A DNA stretch of 40,883 nt from a virus (lineage: Duplodnaviria; Heunggongvirae; Uroviricota; Caudoviricetes): IMG/VR virus record IMGVR_UViG_2923334124_000004. One strand, 5' to 3'. The notes below the pieces were generated by a model that saw only the letters and a list, made by a program, of their open reading frames with translations, was not told where the DNA came from and searched no databases. Within the stretch, counting starts at the first letter, position 1. Each line of letters begins with the position of its first letter. Below are positions 17,318 to 27,838 of the stretch, one piece after another. The translations under genes were made by a program, and so were the position numbers.

Positions 17318-18615
17318 ACATGACCGTCGAATACATTCAGGCGTGTGCGATGTGGGCACGGGCATTCAACTATGCGGCCAGTGAAATTGAAGAAGGATTC
17401 TGGGAAGAGGACGACGACGACAAACACATCAAGACTTACACCATCAAATTTCCTGACTCCGGCTTTCGTATTGTTGCGCTCTCCAGCCGCCCGTCTAACC
17501 TGCGTGGCCGTCAGGGTATTATTGTTATCGACGAAGCGGCGTTCCATGAGCAACTGGACGAACTGCTGAAAGCGGCGCTGGCGATGCTTATCTGGGGGGG
17601 AAAGGTACGCGTTATCTCCACCCATGACGGTGACGACAATCCGTTCAATACGCTTATCGGGGATATCCGTGCCGGACGTCAGGGAGGCAGCATACATCGC
17701 ATCACTTTCCGGGAAGCCGTATCTGAGGGGCTGTTCCGGCGCGTCTGTCTGCGCACCGGGAAGGAATGGTCGGAGGCATCCGAGCAGGCCTGGATGGCAT
17801 CGGTGTACAAATTCTACGGTGCCGGCGCATCCGAAGAGCTTGACTGTATTCCGGCCAACGGTGGCGGTGCCTGGCTGTCCCGTGCCCTGATAGAGTCCCG
17901 CATGTCCGCTGATACGCCGGTATTGCGTCTGACCTGCAAGGAAGGTTATGAACTGCTGTCTGATGAGGTTCGCTTCCGCGAGACGCAGGACTGGCTTGAT
18001 GAGTATCTGAAACCATTGCTGGAGGCACTCCCCACTGATGCCCGCTCTTTCCTGGGGCGCGACTTTGGCCGTAGCGGTGATTTGTCGGTGGACTATCCCC
18101 TGCTGCAGGAGAAGAACCTGGTACGACGCGTGCCATTCGTACTGGAGCTGCGTAACGTGCCGTTCAGACAGCAGGAGCAAATCACCTGGTATCTGATGGA
18201 TGGCCTGCCCGGTCTGCTGGGTGCAGCGTTTGATGCCCGTGGTAATGGTGCCTATCTGGCTGAATACGCCATGCAGCGCTACGGCTCCGGCCGGGTTCAG
18301 CAGGTGATGCCAACCGAAGGCTGGTACCGGGAGCATATGCCTCCGGTCAAAGCTGCACTGGAAGACGGCAACCTGGTGGACTTACCAAAGGATGAAGACA
18401 CACTGGATGACCTGCGGGCCGTTCAGGTGGTGAACGGTGTCCCCCGCGTACCGGAGCAACGCTCAAAAGCAAAGGCTGACGGTGGTAAACGCCACGGGGA
18501 TTCAGCCATCGCACTGGCGCTGGCGTATTTCGCCAGCCGTGAAATTAACAAAGGGCCGGTGAAGGCAAGCTCACGCCGTCGTCGTCAGGCGGCCCGTATG
18601 CTGGAGGGATTCTGA
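17318..18615 (+). pseudogene. terminase large subunit, 3' fragment
   Basis: In frame with the 5' fragment once the IS and one TSD copy are removed; the C-terminal region is consistent with a terminase nuclease domain. Confidence 0.7.
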
Positions 18616-20111
18616 TGGCGAGGGGTATCTGGGTTTCACCCGATGAATTTGTTGCTTTTTCTGAGCCTCAGAAATCACTGACCGCGCAGATTGCCTCCCG
18701 CAGCCGCGCGATCGACTTTTACGGACTGGGCATGTATCTGCCCAATCCTGATCCCATTCTCAAGGCTCAGGGACGGGATATCCGTATCTACCGCGAACTG
18801 CGCACCGACCCGCTGGTCGGGGGCTGTATCCGCAGACGTAAAGCAGCGCTCAAATCGCTGGAGCGTGGACTGGAGCGTGGTCACGCCTCTGCCCGGGTCT
18901 TCCGTTTCATCCGCGACATGCTCGACGATCTGGATCTGTCCCGCATCATCGGTGAAATGAGCGATGCCGTGCTCTACGGGTATCAGCCCTGTGAAATCAT
19001 GTGGGGCCGTTCGGTCAGGTCGTGGGCGGTGACGGATATTGTCGGCAAACCGCCTGAGTGGTTTCAGTTTGATACGGACAACTGCCTGCGCTTTCGGGCG
19101 CGTGATGCGGGTGTGGAGGGTGAGCTGCTGTCACCGTCAAAATTCGTGGTGCCGGCACAGGATGCCTCGTATGACAATCCTTACGGTTTCCCGGACCTGT
19201 CCATGTGCTTCTGGCCGGTCGCCTTCAAGAAAGGCGGGATGAAATTCTGGCTCCGCTTTGCCGAAAAGTTTGGCTCCCCGTGGGTGATCGGTAAGCACCC
19301 GAGGGGCGCAAATGATGCAGAGATTGAAAAACTGCTGGACTCCATGGAGCAGATGGTGGAGGACGCGGTGGCCGCCATCCCCGATGACAGCAGTATTGAG
19401 CTCAGGGCAGCGGATGGCAAGGCAGACAGCAGCGAGGTATTTCGCGAGCTGATCACACTGTCACGCAGTGAGATCTCCATTGCATTACTCGGTCAGAATC
19501 AGACCACGGAAGCGAACAGTAACAAGGCCTCTGCACAGGCCGGGCTGGAGGTAACGGCTGATATCCGCGATGCGGATGCGGACATCATTCAGGCGGCAGT
19601 GAATCAGGTCATCAGAACGGTGGTCACCCTGAACTTCGGCGATGTGCCGTGTCCGGTCTGGGCCATGTGGGAACAGGAGGCCATTGATGACACCCGTGCC
19701 ACCCGCGACGAAAAACTCACCCGGGCGGGTCTGCGTCTGACCCCGCAGTACTTCAAGCGTGAGTACCAACTGCAGGACGGCGATATTGACGAGACACCAC
19801 CGTCGGAACGCCAGAATAACATGCTGCCGCTGTCATTTGCCGAGGCGATTGATGCTGATATTCAGGCTCAGCAGCAGCTTGACGACGCGCTGGACATTCT
19901 GATGAACGGAGGCGCGTTAAATGGCACGCTGGAACCCGTCCTGGCACCTCTGTTCAGGCGGGTCGAAAACGGGGTTAACCCGTCTGAGCTGCTGGGCGAA
20001 CTGGCGGAGCTCTACCCTCAGATGAACACGGACGATCTGCAGGAGCGGCTGGCCCGCATTCTCTTTGTGGCAAATATCCGGGGACGTCTGCATGAGCGTG
20101 ACAACGGCTGA
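18615..20111 (+). CDS. portal protein (Mu gp29-like)
   Basis: 498 aa; immediately after terminase; start overlaps the terminase stop (TGATG). Confidence 0.75.
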   Translation: MARGIWVSPDEFVAFSEPQKSLTAQIASRSRAIDFYGLGMYLPNPDPILKAQGRDIRIYRELRTDPLVGGCIRRRKAALKSLERGLERGHASARVFRFIRDMLDDLDLSRIIGEMSDAVLYGYQPCEIMWGRSVRSWAVTDIVGKPPEWFQFDTDNCLRFRARDAGVEGELLSPSKFVVPAQDASYDNPYGFPDLSMCFWPVAFKKGGMKFWLRFAEKFGSPWVIGKHPRGANDAEIEKLLDSMEQMVEDAVAAIPDDSSIELRAADGKADSSEVFRELITLSRSEISIALLGQNQTTEANSNKASAQAGLEVTADIRDADADIIQAAVNQVIRTVVTLNFGDVPCPVWAMWEQEAIDDTRATRDEKLTRAGLRLTPQYFKREYQLQDGDIDETPPSERQNNMLPLSFAEAIDADIQAQQQLDDALDILMNGGALNGTLEPVLAPLFRRVENGVNPSELLGELAELYPQMNTDDLQERLARILFVANIRGRLHERDNG

Positions 20112-20913
20112 ACTGGCGTACTGCATGACGCTTCCCCCGAAGCGGGCAATCAACTACCTGAAGTCCAAAGGATATCAGATTACCTGGGACTGGGAAGAAA
20201 TGTGGCAGGAGGCCCATGCCCGCGCCTTTACCGTTGCTAAAGTGACCCGCCTGGATATCCTGGAAGATATTCGCGGGGCACTGCAGCAGGCTGTCGATGA
20301 AGGAAAAACCGATCGCTGGTTCCGGCAGGAGCTGGAGCCGGTGCTGAAGCGTAAGGGATGGTGGGGACCACGTGACACGACTGACCCGGTAACGGGTGAG
20401 CCGGTCACCATTCAGCAGGGCAGTCCGTGGCGGCTCGATACCATCTTTCGCACCAATATGTCCGTACTCTACAGCGCCGGTCGTTGGGCGGAACAGATGG
20501 AAAACGTCGACGACAGGCCGTACTGGATGTATACCGGCATCAACGACAGCCATACCCGCAGGAGCCATCTGGCGCTGCATGGTCTGGTGCTGCGCTGGGA
20601 TGACCCGTTCTGGCAGGCATTTTACCCGCCGAACGGCTGGCGCTGCCGCTGTAGTGTTATTGCCCTGAGTGCGGCGGATGTACGTGCCCGTGGCCTGAAG
20701 GTTATCAGCTCCGGCTCTGCCATGGGCCAGGAACTGAAACTGGTCTCAGAGAAAACCGGCGAAATGCGGAACGTGGCCACCTTTAATACCGGCACCACGA
20801 AGGTGACCACCGACGTCGGCTGGTCTTATGCTCCGGGGGCAGCATACCGTCCCGACCTGGCCCGCTATCAGGGTACGCTTCAGCCACTGGCACAACAGGA
20901 ACTGAGAGGATAA
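20092..20913 (+). CDS. head morphogenesis protein (Mu F-like)
   Basis: Conserved NDSHTRRSHLALHG...PPNGWRCRC region typical of Mu F/SPP1 gp7 proteins; start set to ATG 20092. Confidence 0.75.
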   Translation: MSVTTAELAYCMTLPPKRAINYLKSKGYQITWDWEEMWQEAHARAFTVAKVTRLDILEDIRGALQQAVDEGKTDRWFRQELEPVLKRKGWWGPRDTTDPVTGEPVTIQQGSPWRLDTIFRTNMSVLYSAGRWAEQMENVDDRPYWMYTGINDSHTRRSHLALHGLVLRWDDPFWQAFYPPNGWRCRCSVIALSAADVRARGLKVISSGSAMGQELKLVSEKTGEMRNVATFNTGTTKVTTDVGWSYAPGAAYRPDLARYQGTLQPLAQQELRG

Positions 20914-20915
20914 CA

Positions 20916-21374
20916 ATGGCTTCCGATAACCTGGTCAGTATCACCATTAACGATAAGTCCCTGCGCCGGAGCCTCCGTGCGCTGGATCTTGCTGCCACAG
21001 ACCTGGAGCCCGCGATGCGCAAAATCGCCGGAACCCTGCTGGCGGAAACACAGTTTAACTTTCTTGATGAGGGGCGTCCGGGGTGGATGCCCTCGCTGGC
21101 AGCGGAAGAACGTGACGGGCAGACACTGCAGGATACCGGGCGTCTGATGGGGTCAGTATCAACCGACCATGACGACCGGCAGGCTGTTGTGGGGACCAAC
21201 GTTGTTTACGGTGCCATTCACCAGTTCGGGGGTAAAACGGGGCGTAATGAGTCTGTTGAACTTCCGGCCCGCCCGTTCCTGCCGGTGACGGGGGATGGAG
21301 AACTACAGCCTGAAGTGGTAATCCCCATCCTCGATACCATTGTCCGCCATCTTGAATCAGCGGCCCGTCGCTGA
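20916..21374 (+). CDS. virion morphogenesis protein (Mu G-like)
   Basis: 152 aa; position after the F-like gene; similar in size and character to Mu G. Confidence 0.55.
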   Translation: MASDNLVSITINDKSLRRSLRALDLAATDLEPAMRKIAGTLLAETQFNFLDEGRPGWMPSLAAEERDGQTLQDTGRLMGSVSTDHDDRQAVVGTNVVYGAIHQFGGKTGRNESVELPARPFLPVTGDGELQPEVVIPILDTIVRHLESAARR

Positions 21375-21429
21375 GTTTTCTCTCTTCAGGCGGGTGATTT
21401 ATCATTGCCAGCGAATGAGGGGCTGTATT

Positions 21430-21441
21430 ACCTTTATAAAG
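21430..21441 (+). promoter_or_regulatory. 12-bp palindrome CCTTTATAAAGG in a 214-bp noncoding gap, candidate late-promoter/activator site
   Basis: Perfect dyad within the only large intergenic gap in the head module (21375-21588); shares the CCTTTAwwA core with three other late-operon upstream regions. Confidence 0.3.
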
Positions 21442-21588
21442 GCTTTACAGCCTCTGTTTTATAACCGCCTCCGGTTCACCGCATTGCTTTCCCTGTCCTT
21501 CTCCCCTGATGTTTTCTAAAGCAGATTAAAATCGCCGGGCCTGCATTTCTCACAAACTGTCTCCGACAACATAACGCGGGACAGCAAA

Positions 21589-22704
21589 ATGTCAGCCATT
21601 CACATTTTTAAAGCCGGTACTCATACCGATATGCACGGCAAAAAACTGCCGTTCACGCCAGACGATCTTGCCGCCTGCGTGAAAGCCTATGACCCGTCCG
21701 TCCATGAAGCACCACTCGTGATTGGTCATCCCAGAACGGAAGACCCGGCGTGGGGCTGGGTGAAAGCCCTGTCGCTCAGCGGCGTCGATCTGATGGCAGA
21801 GCCTGCCCAGCTGGACCCGCAGTTTGCTGAGATGGTCACCGACGGACGATTCAAAAAAGTGTCCGCCTCTTTCTACCTCCCGGATTCACCGTCCAATCCG
21901 AAGCCCGGCGTGCTCTACCTTCGCCATGTGGGCTTTCTCGGGGCACAGCCACCTTCCGTCAAGGGGCTGAAACAGGTGTCCTTCAGTGAGCAGGAAGAAG
22001 GTGTGGTGGAGTTCGCCGACTGGCAGGCCATCACGAATGCCTCCCTGTGGGGAAAGCTGCGCGATTTTCTGATCGCCCGCTTCAGTCTGGACGAGGCAGA
22101 AAAAGTCCTGCCGGAATGGCAGCTCAACAGTCTGCGCGAAGAGGCGTACCGCGACACACTGTCGCAGGATGCAGCAGGTGCACAATTCAGTGAGACAGGC
22201 CCGGGGCCGTCTTCCGCAAGTAACGAGGAATCATCGATGACAAAAGAAGAGATTGAAGCCCTTCAGGAGGAGAACCGCCGCCTGAAGCAGCAGGCTGCTG
22301 ATCGCGATGCGCGTGATGCACAGGTCAGACAGGAGCAACTGCATAAGGACAATGTGGCCTTTGCAGAAAAACTGGTCGCAGAGGGCCGTCTGGCTCCCCG
22401 CGCCTCCTCCGTGGTGGTTGCCCTGCTGGATGCCGTCGCCGGTGGCGACAAGCCGGTGGAGTTTGCTGAGGGGGAAAGCCGCACACCGCTGGCCACCGCC
22501 TTTCGTTCATTGCTCTCCGACGGGGAGCCGGTGATGAATTTCGCCGAACAGGCCACAAAAGAGCGTGTCGGCGACACGGTGAAGGTGGATGTGGCAGAGT
22601 TTGCGGAAGCCGATCCTGAGCGTCTGGCCCTGCATCAGAAAGCAGTGGCCCTGTCCAAAAAAGAAGGCATCAGCTATGAGGCTGCTGTCGCACGCTGCCT
22701 GTAA
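21589..22704 (+). CDS. head maturation protease/scaffold (Mu I-like)
   Basis: 371 aa; N-terminal protease-like domain then a charged helical scaffold-like C-terminus; directly upstream of the major capsid gene. Confidence 0.65.
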   Translation: MSAIHIFKAGTHTDMHGKKLPFTPDDLAACVKAYDPSVHEAPLVIGHPRTEDPAWGWVKALSLSGVDLMAEPAQLDPQFAEMVTDGRFKKVSASFYLPDSPSNPKPGVLYLRHVGFLGAQPPSVKGLKQVSFSEQEEGVVEFADWQAITNASLWGKLRDFLIARFSLDEAEKVLPEWQLNSLREEAYRDTLSQDAAGAQFSETGPGPSSASNEESSMTKEEIEALQEENRRLKQQAADRDARDAQVRQEQLHKDNVAFAEKLVAEGRLAPRASSVVVALLDAVAGGDKPVEFAEGESRTPLATAFRSLLSDGEPVMNFAEQATKERVGDTVKVDVAEFAEADPERLALHQKAVALSKKEGISYEAAVARCL

Positions 22705-22718
22705 TTTAAGGAGAGAGC

Positions 22719-23672
22719 ATGTCTGATTACTTAAAAGGTAAACGTGTCGTTGATCCGGTACTGACCAGTATCGCCCGTGGCTATAAAAATGCCGCATTCA
22801 TCGGCGAACGTATTTTCCCCGTCGTGCTGACGGACAAGGAAGGCGTGCGTGTACCGACCTTCGGGAAAACCGCCTTTGTGGAATATGACACCGAGCGTGC
22901 CGTCGGGGCGGACAGCAATGTTCTGGTCCGTGAAAAAACAGGCACGCTGGACCTGGTGCTGGGTGAACACGATCTGGCTGCGCCGGTGGACTATCGCGAG
23001 CAGGCGGAGTCCATGTTTAACGAAGAGAGCAAGGCCATCCGTCGCGCCACGAATGGCGTGAACCTGCGCCGTGAACTTATCGCTGCCCGTCTGGCTCAGG
23101 ATGAAAAGGTCTACCGTACCGGGCACGTCAAAAAACTGACAGCCAGTGATCGCTGGGCCGGTGGTAAGGGGGACCCCATCGGGGTGATTGAAGCCGGTAT
23201 GGAAGCGGTCCGTACGGCCACGGGGCTGCGTCCTAACCTGATGACCATGGGGGCCGGCGTGATGGCGCTGCTGAAGTTCCACCCGGCGATTCAGGCCGCC
23301 ATCGGAGCCAACGAACGCAAGCGCATCACCACAGAAATCCTGCAGGACCTCTTTCAGATCGAAGAGATCGTCATCGGTGCCCCAGTCTCCCTGCCGTCCA
23401 TGAAAGCGGCAATGGATAAGAACAGCGTGCCGGCGGATATCTGGGGAGACAATCTGATGCTGCACTATGTCGGCAAACCGCAGCCGGGGGCGGACAGCGC
23501 GGACGAGAACGAGCCGTCCTTCGGCTACACCCTGCGTCGTAAGGGGATGCCTGTTGCCGACAAATACGACGGAGCCGGTGGCAAGGTGAAGTACTGCCGT
23601 TATACCGATATCTACAAAGTCGCCGTGGTTGGTGGCGATGCCGGGTATCTCATTACCGGTATCAGTAAATAA
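22719..23672 (+). CDS. major capsid protein (Mu T-like)
   Basis: 317 aa; position and size; preceded by AAGGAGAGA. Confidence 0.75.
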   Translation: MSDYLKGKRVVDPVLTSIARGYKNAAFIGERIFPVVLTDKEGVRVPTFGKTAFVEYDTERAVGADSNVLVREKTGTLDLVLGEHDLAAPVDYREQAESMFNEESKAIRRATNGVNLRRELIAARLAQDEKVYRTGHVKKLTASDRWAGGKGDPIGVIEAGMEAVRTATGLRPNLMTMGAGVMALLKFHPAIQAAIGANERKRITTEILQDLFQIEEIVIGAPVSLPSMKAAMDKNSVPADIWGDNLMLHYVGKPQPGADSADENEPSFGYTLRRKGMPVADKYDGAGGKVKYCRYTDIYKVAVVGGDAGYLITGISK

Positions 23673-23681
23673 GGAGGCGTT

Positions 23682-24020
23682 ATGGGAACCACTCAGCAGG
23701 TCATTCTGATCACAACCGTAACGGCAGGGGCAGCACTGGCACAGCAGCGTTTTGTCGGGGCAGATAATACCCCCTGTAAAGCCGGTGCCGCAGCGCTCGG
23801 GGTTGCCGAAGTGGATGCTGTTACCGGCGACAGCACGCCGGTGAGCGTTCTGGGCATTATTGCTGTCGAGGCCGGGGCCGCTGTCAGCCGTGGTGTGGCT
23901 GTTCAGTCAGATGCTCAGGCCAGAGCCGTGCCGCAGTCCGGCGACGGTAAATCCTGTGGTATTGCACTTGATGAAGCCGGGGGTGAAGGCGACGTCATTC
24001 GTATCCTGCGCGGGGTGTGA
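23682..24020 (+). CDS. small head-associated protein (DUF2190-like)
   Basis: 112 aa Ala/Gly/Val-rich protein immediately after the major capsid gene. Confidence 0.45.
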   Translation: MGTTQQVILITTVTAGAALAQQRFVGADNTPCKAGAAALGVAEVDAVTGDSTPVSVLGIIAVEAGAAVSRGVAVQSDAQARAVPQSGDGKSCGIALDEAGGEGDVIRILRGV

Positions 24021-24021
24021 C

Positions 24022-24468
24022 ATGTACTGCACCCTGGAGGATTTGCTTGCGCAGGTGCCGGAGCGGACGCTTATCGAGCTCACCAGTGAAGAGATGGACT
24101 TCGACTCACCTGCAACAGTGAATACCCGTGTGGTGGACAGCTGTATCCGCTATGCCGACGAGCTGATTGATGCCCATCTGCGCGGACGCTATATCCTGCC
24201 ACTGGCAGAGATACCGACTGTTCTGCGGGACATTGCCATCACGCTGGTCCGTTACCGGCTCTACGCCCGCCGCCCGGAAGGTGACCTCCCGGATACGGTG
24301 AAGGATGACCACAAAGAAGCGCTGCGGCAACTCAGGGAGTTACGTGATAACAGGCTCACGCTGGGGCTGCCGTCCACTCAGAAAGATGTGCCTGAGCCTG
24401 GCGAGTTTCGTGTACGCAGTCGCCCGGCCACTTTCGGCGGTCGTGACGGTTTACTGGAGAAATACTGA
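24022..24468 (+). CDS. head-tail connector protein (Mu gp36-like)
   Basis: Start set to ATG 24022 (overlaps the previous stop); position between the head and tail modules. Confidence 0.5.
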   Translation: MYCTLEDLLAQVPERTLIELTSEEMDFDSPATVNTRVVDSCIRYADELIDAHLRGRYILPLAEIPTVLRDIAITLVRYRLYARRPEGDLPDTVKDDHKEALRQLRELRDNRLTLGLPSTQKDVPEPGEFRVRSRPATFGGRDGLLEKY

Positions 24469-24932
24469 TGAACGTTCTGCCCGTCCTTGATGCGGTACTG
24501 GCCCGGTTACGCGAGAAGCTGCCGCAACTGCAGGTGGAGTACTTCCCGGAGAAACCGGCTGAATATCGCCTGAACCATCCGGTTGGCGCGTTGCTGTTGA
24601 GCTATGCCGGTTCGCGCTTTGACAGGCCGGATGATACCGGTGCGGTGATCCAGTCTCAGACTATCCAGCTCTGCGTCACGGTGGTCTTCCGCCAGCTCAA
24701 CGGTAAAAAAGGGGCGATTAATGTCCTGGATGCTGTCCGCCGCATTCTCGGTGGCCACACCCCGCCCGGCTGCCGCCGCCGTATCTGGCTGACCCGCGAG
24801 GTGTTTATCGGTGAAGTCAGGGGGCTGTGGCAGTACGCCCTCGACTTCGCGACTGAAAGCGTCTTTATCGAAGACAGCGATTTACCGTCCGGCCCGCTGT
24901 TAACCGAAGTGAACTATGAGGAAAGCGAGTGA
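24468..24932 (+). CDS. head-tail joining protein (Mu gp37-like)
   Basis: 154 aa; translationally coupled to its neighbours. Confidence 0.45.
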   Translation: MNVLPVLDAVLARLREKLPQLQVEYFPEKPAEYRLNHPVGALLLSYAGSRFDRPDDTGAVIQSQTIQLCVTVVFRQLNGKKGAINVLDAVRRILGGHTPPGCRRRIWLTREVFIGEVRGLWQYALDFATESVFIEDSDLPSGPLLTEVNYEESE

Positions 24933-25183
24933 TGAAAGAATACCGCTATTCCGGCCCGGCCAGCGGCGTCACGCTGTCGGACGGAACCGAAATCCTGCTC
25001 TGGCCGGGGAAGACGGTTTCCCTGCCGGAGGAGCATGACTACGTGAAGGTACTGGTGGCGCTGAAACATCTGACGCCGGTACCTGAAGAGACTAAACCCG
25101 CCGGCACACCGGCTGTGCAGTCACCAAAGCGCAGAAGCAGCAGTGACAGCGAAGTGAAAACGGAGGACACCCATGGCAGCTAA
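24929..25183 (+). CDS. hypothetical phage protein (Mu gp38-like position)
   Basis: 84 aa ORF immediately upstream of the sheath gene. Confidence 0.4.
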   Translation: MMKEYRYSGPASGVTLSDGTEILLWPGKTVSLPEEHDYVKVLVALKHLTPVPEETKPAGTPAVQSPKRRSSSDSEVKTEDTHGS

Positions 25184-26600
25184 CTATCTGCATGGTCCCG
25201 AAACCATTGAGGTGGAAAACGGTGCCCGCCCGGTTAAAACGGTGAAATCTGCCGTTATTGGCCTGATTGGTACCGCCCCGATGGGGGATGTCAATACGCT
25301 GGTACAGTGCCTGTCTGAGAAAGACGCAGCGGCATTTGGCAGCCAGTTCACCGGCTTTACCATTCCGCAGGCGCTGGATGCGATTTATGACCATGGTGCA
25401 GGCACCGTTCTGGTCATTAACGTCCTCGACCCGGCGAAACATAAAACGGCGATCGAGGATGAGGTGGTTACCTTTGACAAATCGACAGGGCAGGCCAGAC
25501 TGGCGCATCCGGTTGTCGCTAATGTGGTGGTGAAAAACAGTGAAGGCAGCACCACCCACACGGCGAACACGGACTACCGTGTTGATGCGCAGGCGGGTGT
25601 GCTCACGAACCTGGGCAAGGCTATTGAGGCCGGTGGCAGCGTGAAGGTGAGCTATGAGTACGCGGACCCGTCGAAGGTGACTGCGGCGGACATCATCGGC
25701 GGGGTGAACAGCGCCGGAAACCGAACCGGCATGAAGCTGCTTAACGACAGCTTCAACCTGTACGGCTATTTCGCCAAAATTCTGATTGCGCCGGTGTTCT
25801 GCACCCAGAAGAGTGTCGCAGTTGAGCTTATCGCCATGGCAGAGAAGCTGGGCGCGGTAACCTACATTGATGCGCCTGTCGGTACCACCTTTGCACAGGC
25901 TCTGGCAGGTCGTGGCCCGGAAGGCACCATCAACTTCAATACCAGCTCCGACCGCGTCCGTCTGTGCTATCCGCATGTGAAGGTATATGACCCGGTGACA
26001 AACACAGAGCGTCTGGAGCCGCTCAGCCAGCGTGCAGCAGGTCTGCGTGCCAGAGTCGATCTGGACAAGGGCTACTGGTGGTCATCCTCCAATCAGGAGA
26101 TTCTGGGGATCACCGGCGTGGAGCGCCAGCTGTCCGCGATGATTGATGACCCGCAGAGTGAGGTGAACCTGCTTAACGAACAGGGGATCACCACGGTATT
26201 CAGCAGTTACGGCAGCGGCCTTCGTCTGTGGGGTAACCGGACGGCAGCATGGCCAACGGTCACCCATATGCGTAACTTTGAGAACGTTCGCCGCACCGGT
26301 GATGTGATCAACGAGTCCATTCGTTATTTCAGCCAGCAGTACATCGACATGCCGATTACTCAGGCGCTGATTGATGCACTGACGGAGTCGGTCAACGCCT
26401 ACGGTCGCAAAATGACTGGTGATGGTGCGGTACTGGGCTTCCGTTGCTGGTTTGATCCGGCCCGCAATCCGGAGACGGAGCTGGCCGCCGGGCACCTGTT
26501 GCTGAGCTACAAATATACGCCACCACCGCCGCTGGAGCGACTGACGTTTGAGACTGAGATCACCTCGGAATACCTGTTAACCCTGAAAGGGGGCAACTGA
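25173..26600 (+). CDS. contractile tail sheath protein
   Basis: 475 aa; N-terminus YLHGPETIEVENGARPVKTVKSAVIGLIG is typical of sheath proteins; followed by the tube gene. Confidence 0.8.
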   Translation: MAANYLHGPETIEVENGARPVKTVKSAVIGLIGTAPMGDVNTLVQCLSEKDAAAFGSQFTGFTIPQALDAIYDHGAGTVLVINVLDPAKHKTAIEDEVVTFDKSTGQARLAHPVVANVVVKNSEGSTTHTANTDYRVDAQAGVLTNLGKAIEAGGSVKVSYEYADPSKVTAADIIGGVNSAGNRTGMKLLNDSFNLYGYFAKILIAPVFCTQKSVAVELIAMAEKLGAVTYIDAPVGTTFAQALAGRGPEGTINFNTSSDRVRLCYPHVKVYDPVTNTERLEPLSQRAAGLRARVDLDKGYWWSSSNQEILGITGVERQLSAMIDDPQSEVNLLNEQGITTVFSSYGSGLRLWGNRTAAWPTVTHMRNFENVRRTGDVINESIRYFSQQYIDMPITQALIDALTESVNAYGRKMTGDGAVLGFRCWFDPARNPETELAAGHLLLSYKYTPPPPLERLTFETEITSEYLLTLKGGN

Positions 26601-27121
26601 TGTCAAAGATTGAGATAAACCGCATCACGAATGCCAACATCTATCTGGATGGTACTAACCTGCTGGGACGGGCTGAGGAAGTTAAACTCCCCGATGTCTC
26701 CATGATTATGCAGGAACACAAGGCGCTGGGGATGGTGGGTAAGGTGGAACTCCCGGCTGGTTTTGACAAACTGGAAGGCGAAATCAAATGGAACAGCTTT
26801 TACCGCGATGCGATGCTGTCTGCCGCGAACCCGTACAGGTCGCTGGCACTGCAGTGTCGTTCCAGCGTCCAGCGCTACAGCTCGCAGGGGCTGATTGACG
26901 AAATCCCGCTGGTCACCTTCCTGACGATTATGTTCAAGAAGAACCCGCTGGGGACGTTCAAACAGCACGAGAACGCCGAGTTCTCCAGTAGCTTCACCTG
27001 CACGTATATCAGACAGGTACTGGATGGTGAAGAGCTGCTGCAACTGGACTATCTGGCCAACATCTTCCGGGTCGGCGGTGTTGATCAACTGACTGACTAC
27101 CGTATCAATATCGGGGGCTGA
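26600..27121 (+). CDS. tail tube protein
   Basis: 173 aa; position directly after the sheath gene. Confidence 0.65.
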   Translation: MSKIEINRITNANIYLDGTNLLGRAEEVKLPDVSMIMQEHKALGMVGKVELPAGFDKLEGEIKWNSFYRDAMLSAANPYRSLALQCRSSVQRYSSQGLIDEIPLVTFLTIMFKKNPLGTFKQHENAEFSSSFTCTYIRQVLDGEELLQLDYLANIFRVGGVDQLTDYRINIGG

Positions 27122-27123
27122 CG

Positions 27124-27405
27124 GTGAGTGTTGAACTGACGGATAAAGGAGGACGATGTGCGGCACTGGGCATGTCAAATGGTACGTGGTTTACCCTCCT
27201 TGATATTCCGGGGGTGGAAACCCTTTTTAATACCCGTAAAACCAATGACCCGATTGACTGCACACGTTCAAAGGCCCGCAAACTGGCGGATTTGATTGAA
27301 GCATGGGAGCCTCCCGACCACTGGTTCTCCGGCATCGGCAAATCTGAGGGAAAGACGCTTCTCATCGCTTTCCTGCGTAACTGCAAGGGGTTTCGCACTT
27401 GCTGA
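27124..27405 (+). CDS. hypothetical protein (between tube and chaperone genes)
   Basis: 93 aa ORF starting at GTG 27124; an alternative internal ATG exists at 27172. Confidence 0.35.
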   Translation: MSVELTDKGGRCAALGMSNGTWFTLLDIPGVETLFNTRKTNDPIDCTRSKARKLADLIEAWEPPDHWFSGIGKSEGKTLLIAFLRNCKGFRTC

Positions 27406-27411
27406 CATCAC

Positions 27412-27435
27412 AGGGGCTCCGGCCCCTTCTTCTTA
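27412..27435 (+). terminator. candidate hairpin/terminator (AGGGGC-TCCG-GCCCCT followed by TCTTCTT)
   Basis: GC-rich inverted repeat and a T-rich tail in the gap before the chaperone gene. Confidence 0.35.
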
Positions 27436-27439
27436 ATCT

Positions 27440-27450
27440 CCTTTAATATC
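27440..27450 (+). promoter_or_regulatory. candidate late-promoter element CCTTTAATATC
   Basis: Exact 11-mer shared with 33791-33801; located in the intergenic region upstream of the chaperone/tape-measure genes. Confidence 0.3.
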
Positions 27451-27502
27451 CGTCACGCGCTTCTCCCGACATACTGCCCTGAACTTACACAGGAGCACAA
27501 TC

Positions 27503-27838
27503 ATGTCACAGACCCCATCCGATACTTTTAAATTGTCTTATCCCTTCACCACTGCTGCAGGCACCAGAATTGAGCTGGTTGAACTGAAACGCCTGACGGT
27601 AAAAGACCTGAAGCAGGTGCGCAAAATCAGCAAAAACCCGGCAGACTGGGACGAACCGCTGATTGCCCGCAGTACTGGTCTTCTCCCGGAGGATCTCGAC
27701 AATATGGATCTGGCTGATTACCTGCAGTTACAGAAACGATTTCAGCTCATCACGGGGATGGGTGAGAGCAACCAGGGCGCTGACGCAGGCGCAGGGGCTG
27801 CTGGCGAGATGGTTCCGGTTTCAGCCGGGGGAGATTGA
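27503..27838 (+). CDS. tail assembly chaperone (P2 gpE-like)
   Basis: 111 aa; position immediately upstream of the tape measure; overlapped by a second ORF in another frame, as in G/GT and E/E' pairs. Confidence 0.5.
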   Translation: MSQTPSDTFKLSYPFTTAAGTRIELVELKRLTVKDLKQVRKISKNPADWDEPLIARSTGLLPEDLDNMDLADYLQLQKRFQLITGMGESNQGADAGAGAAGEMVPVSAGGD

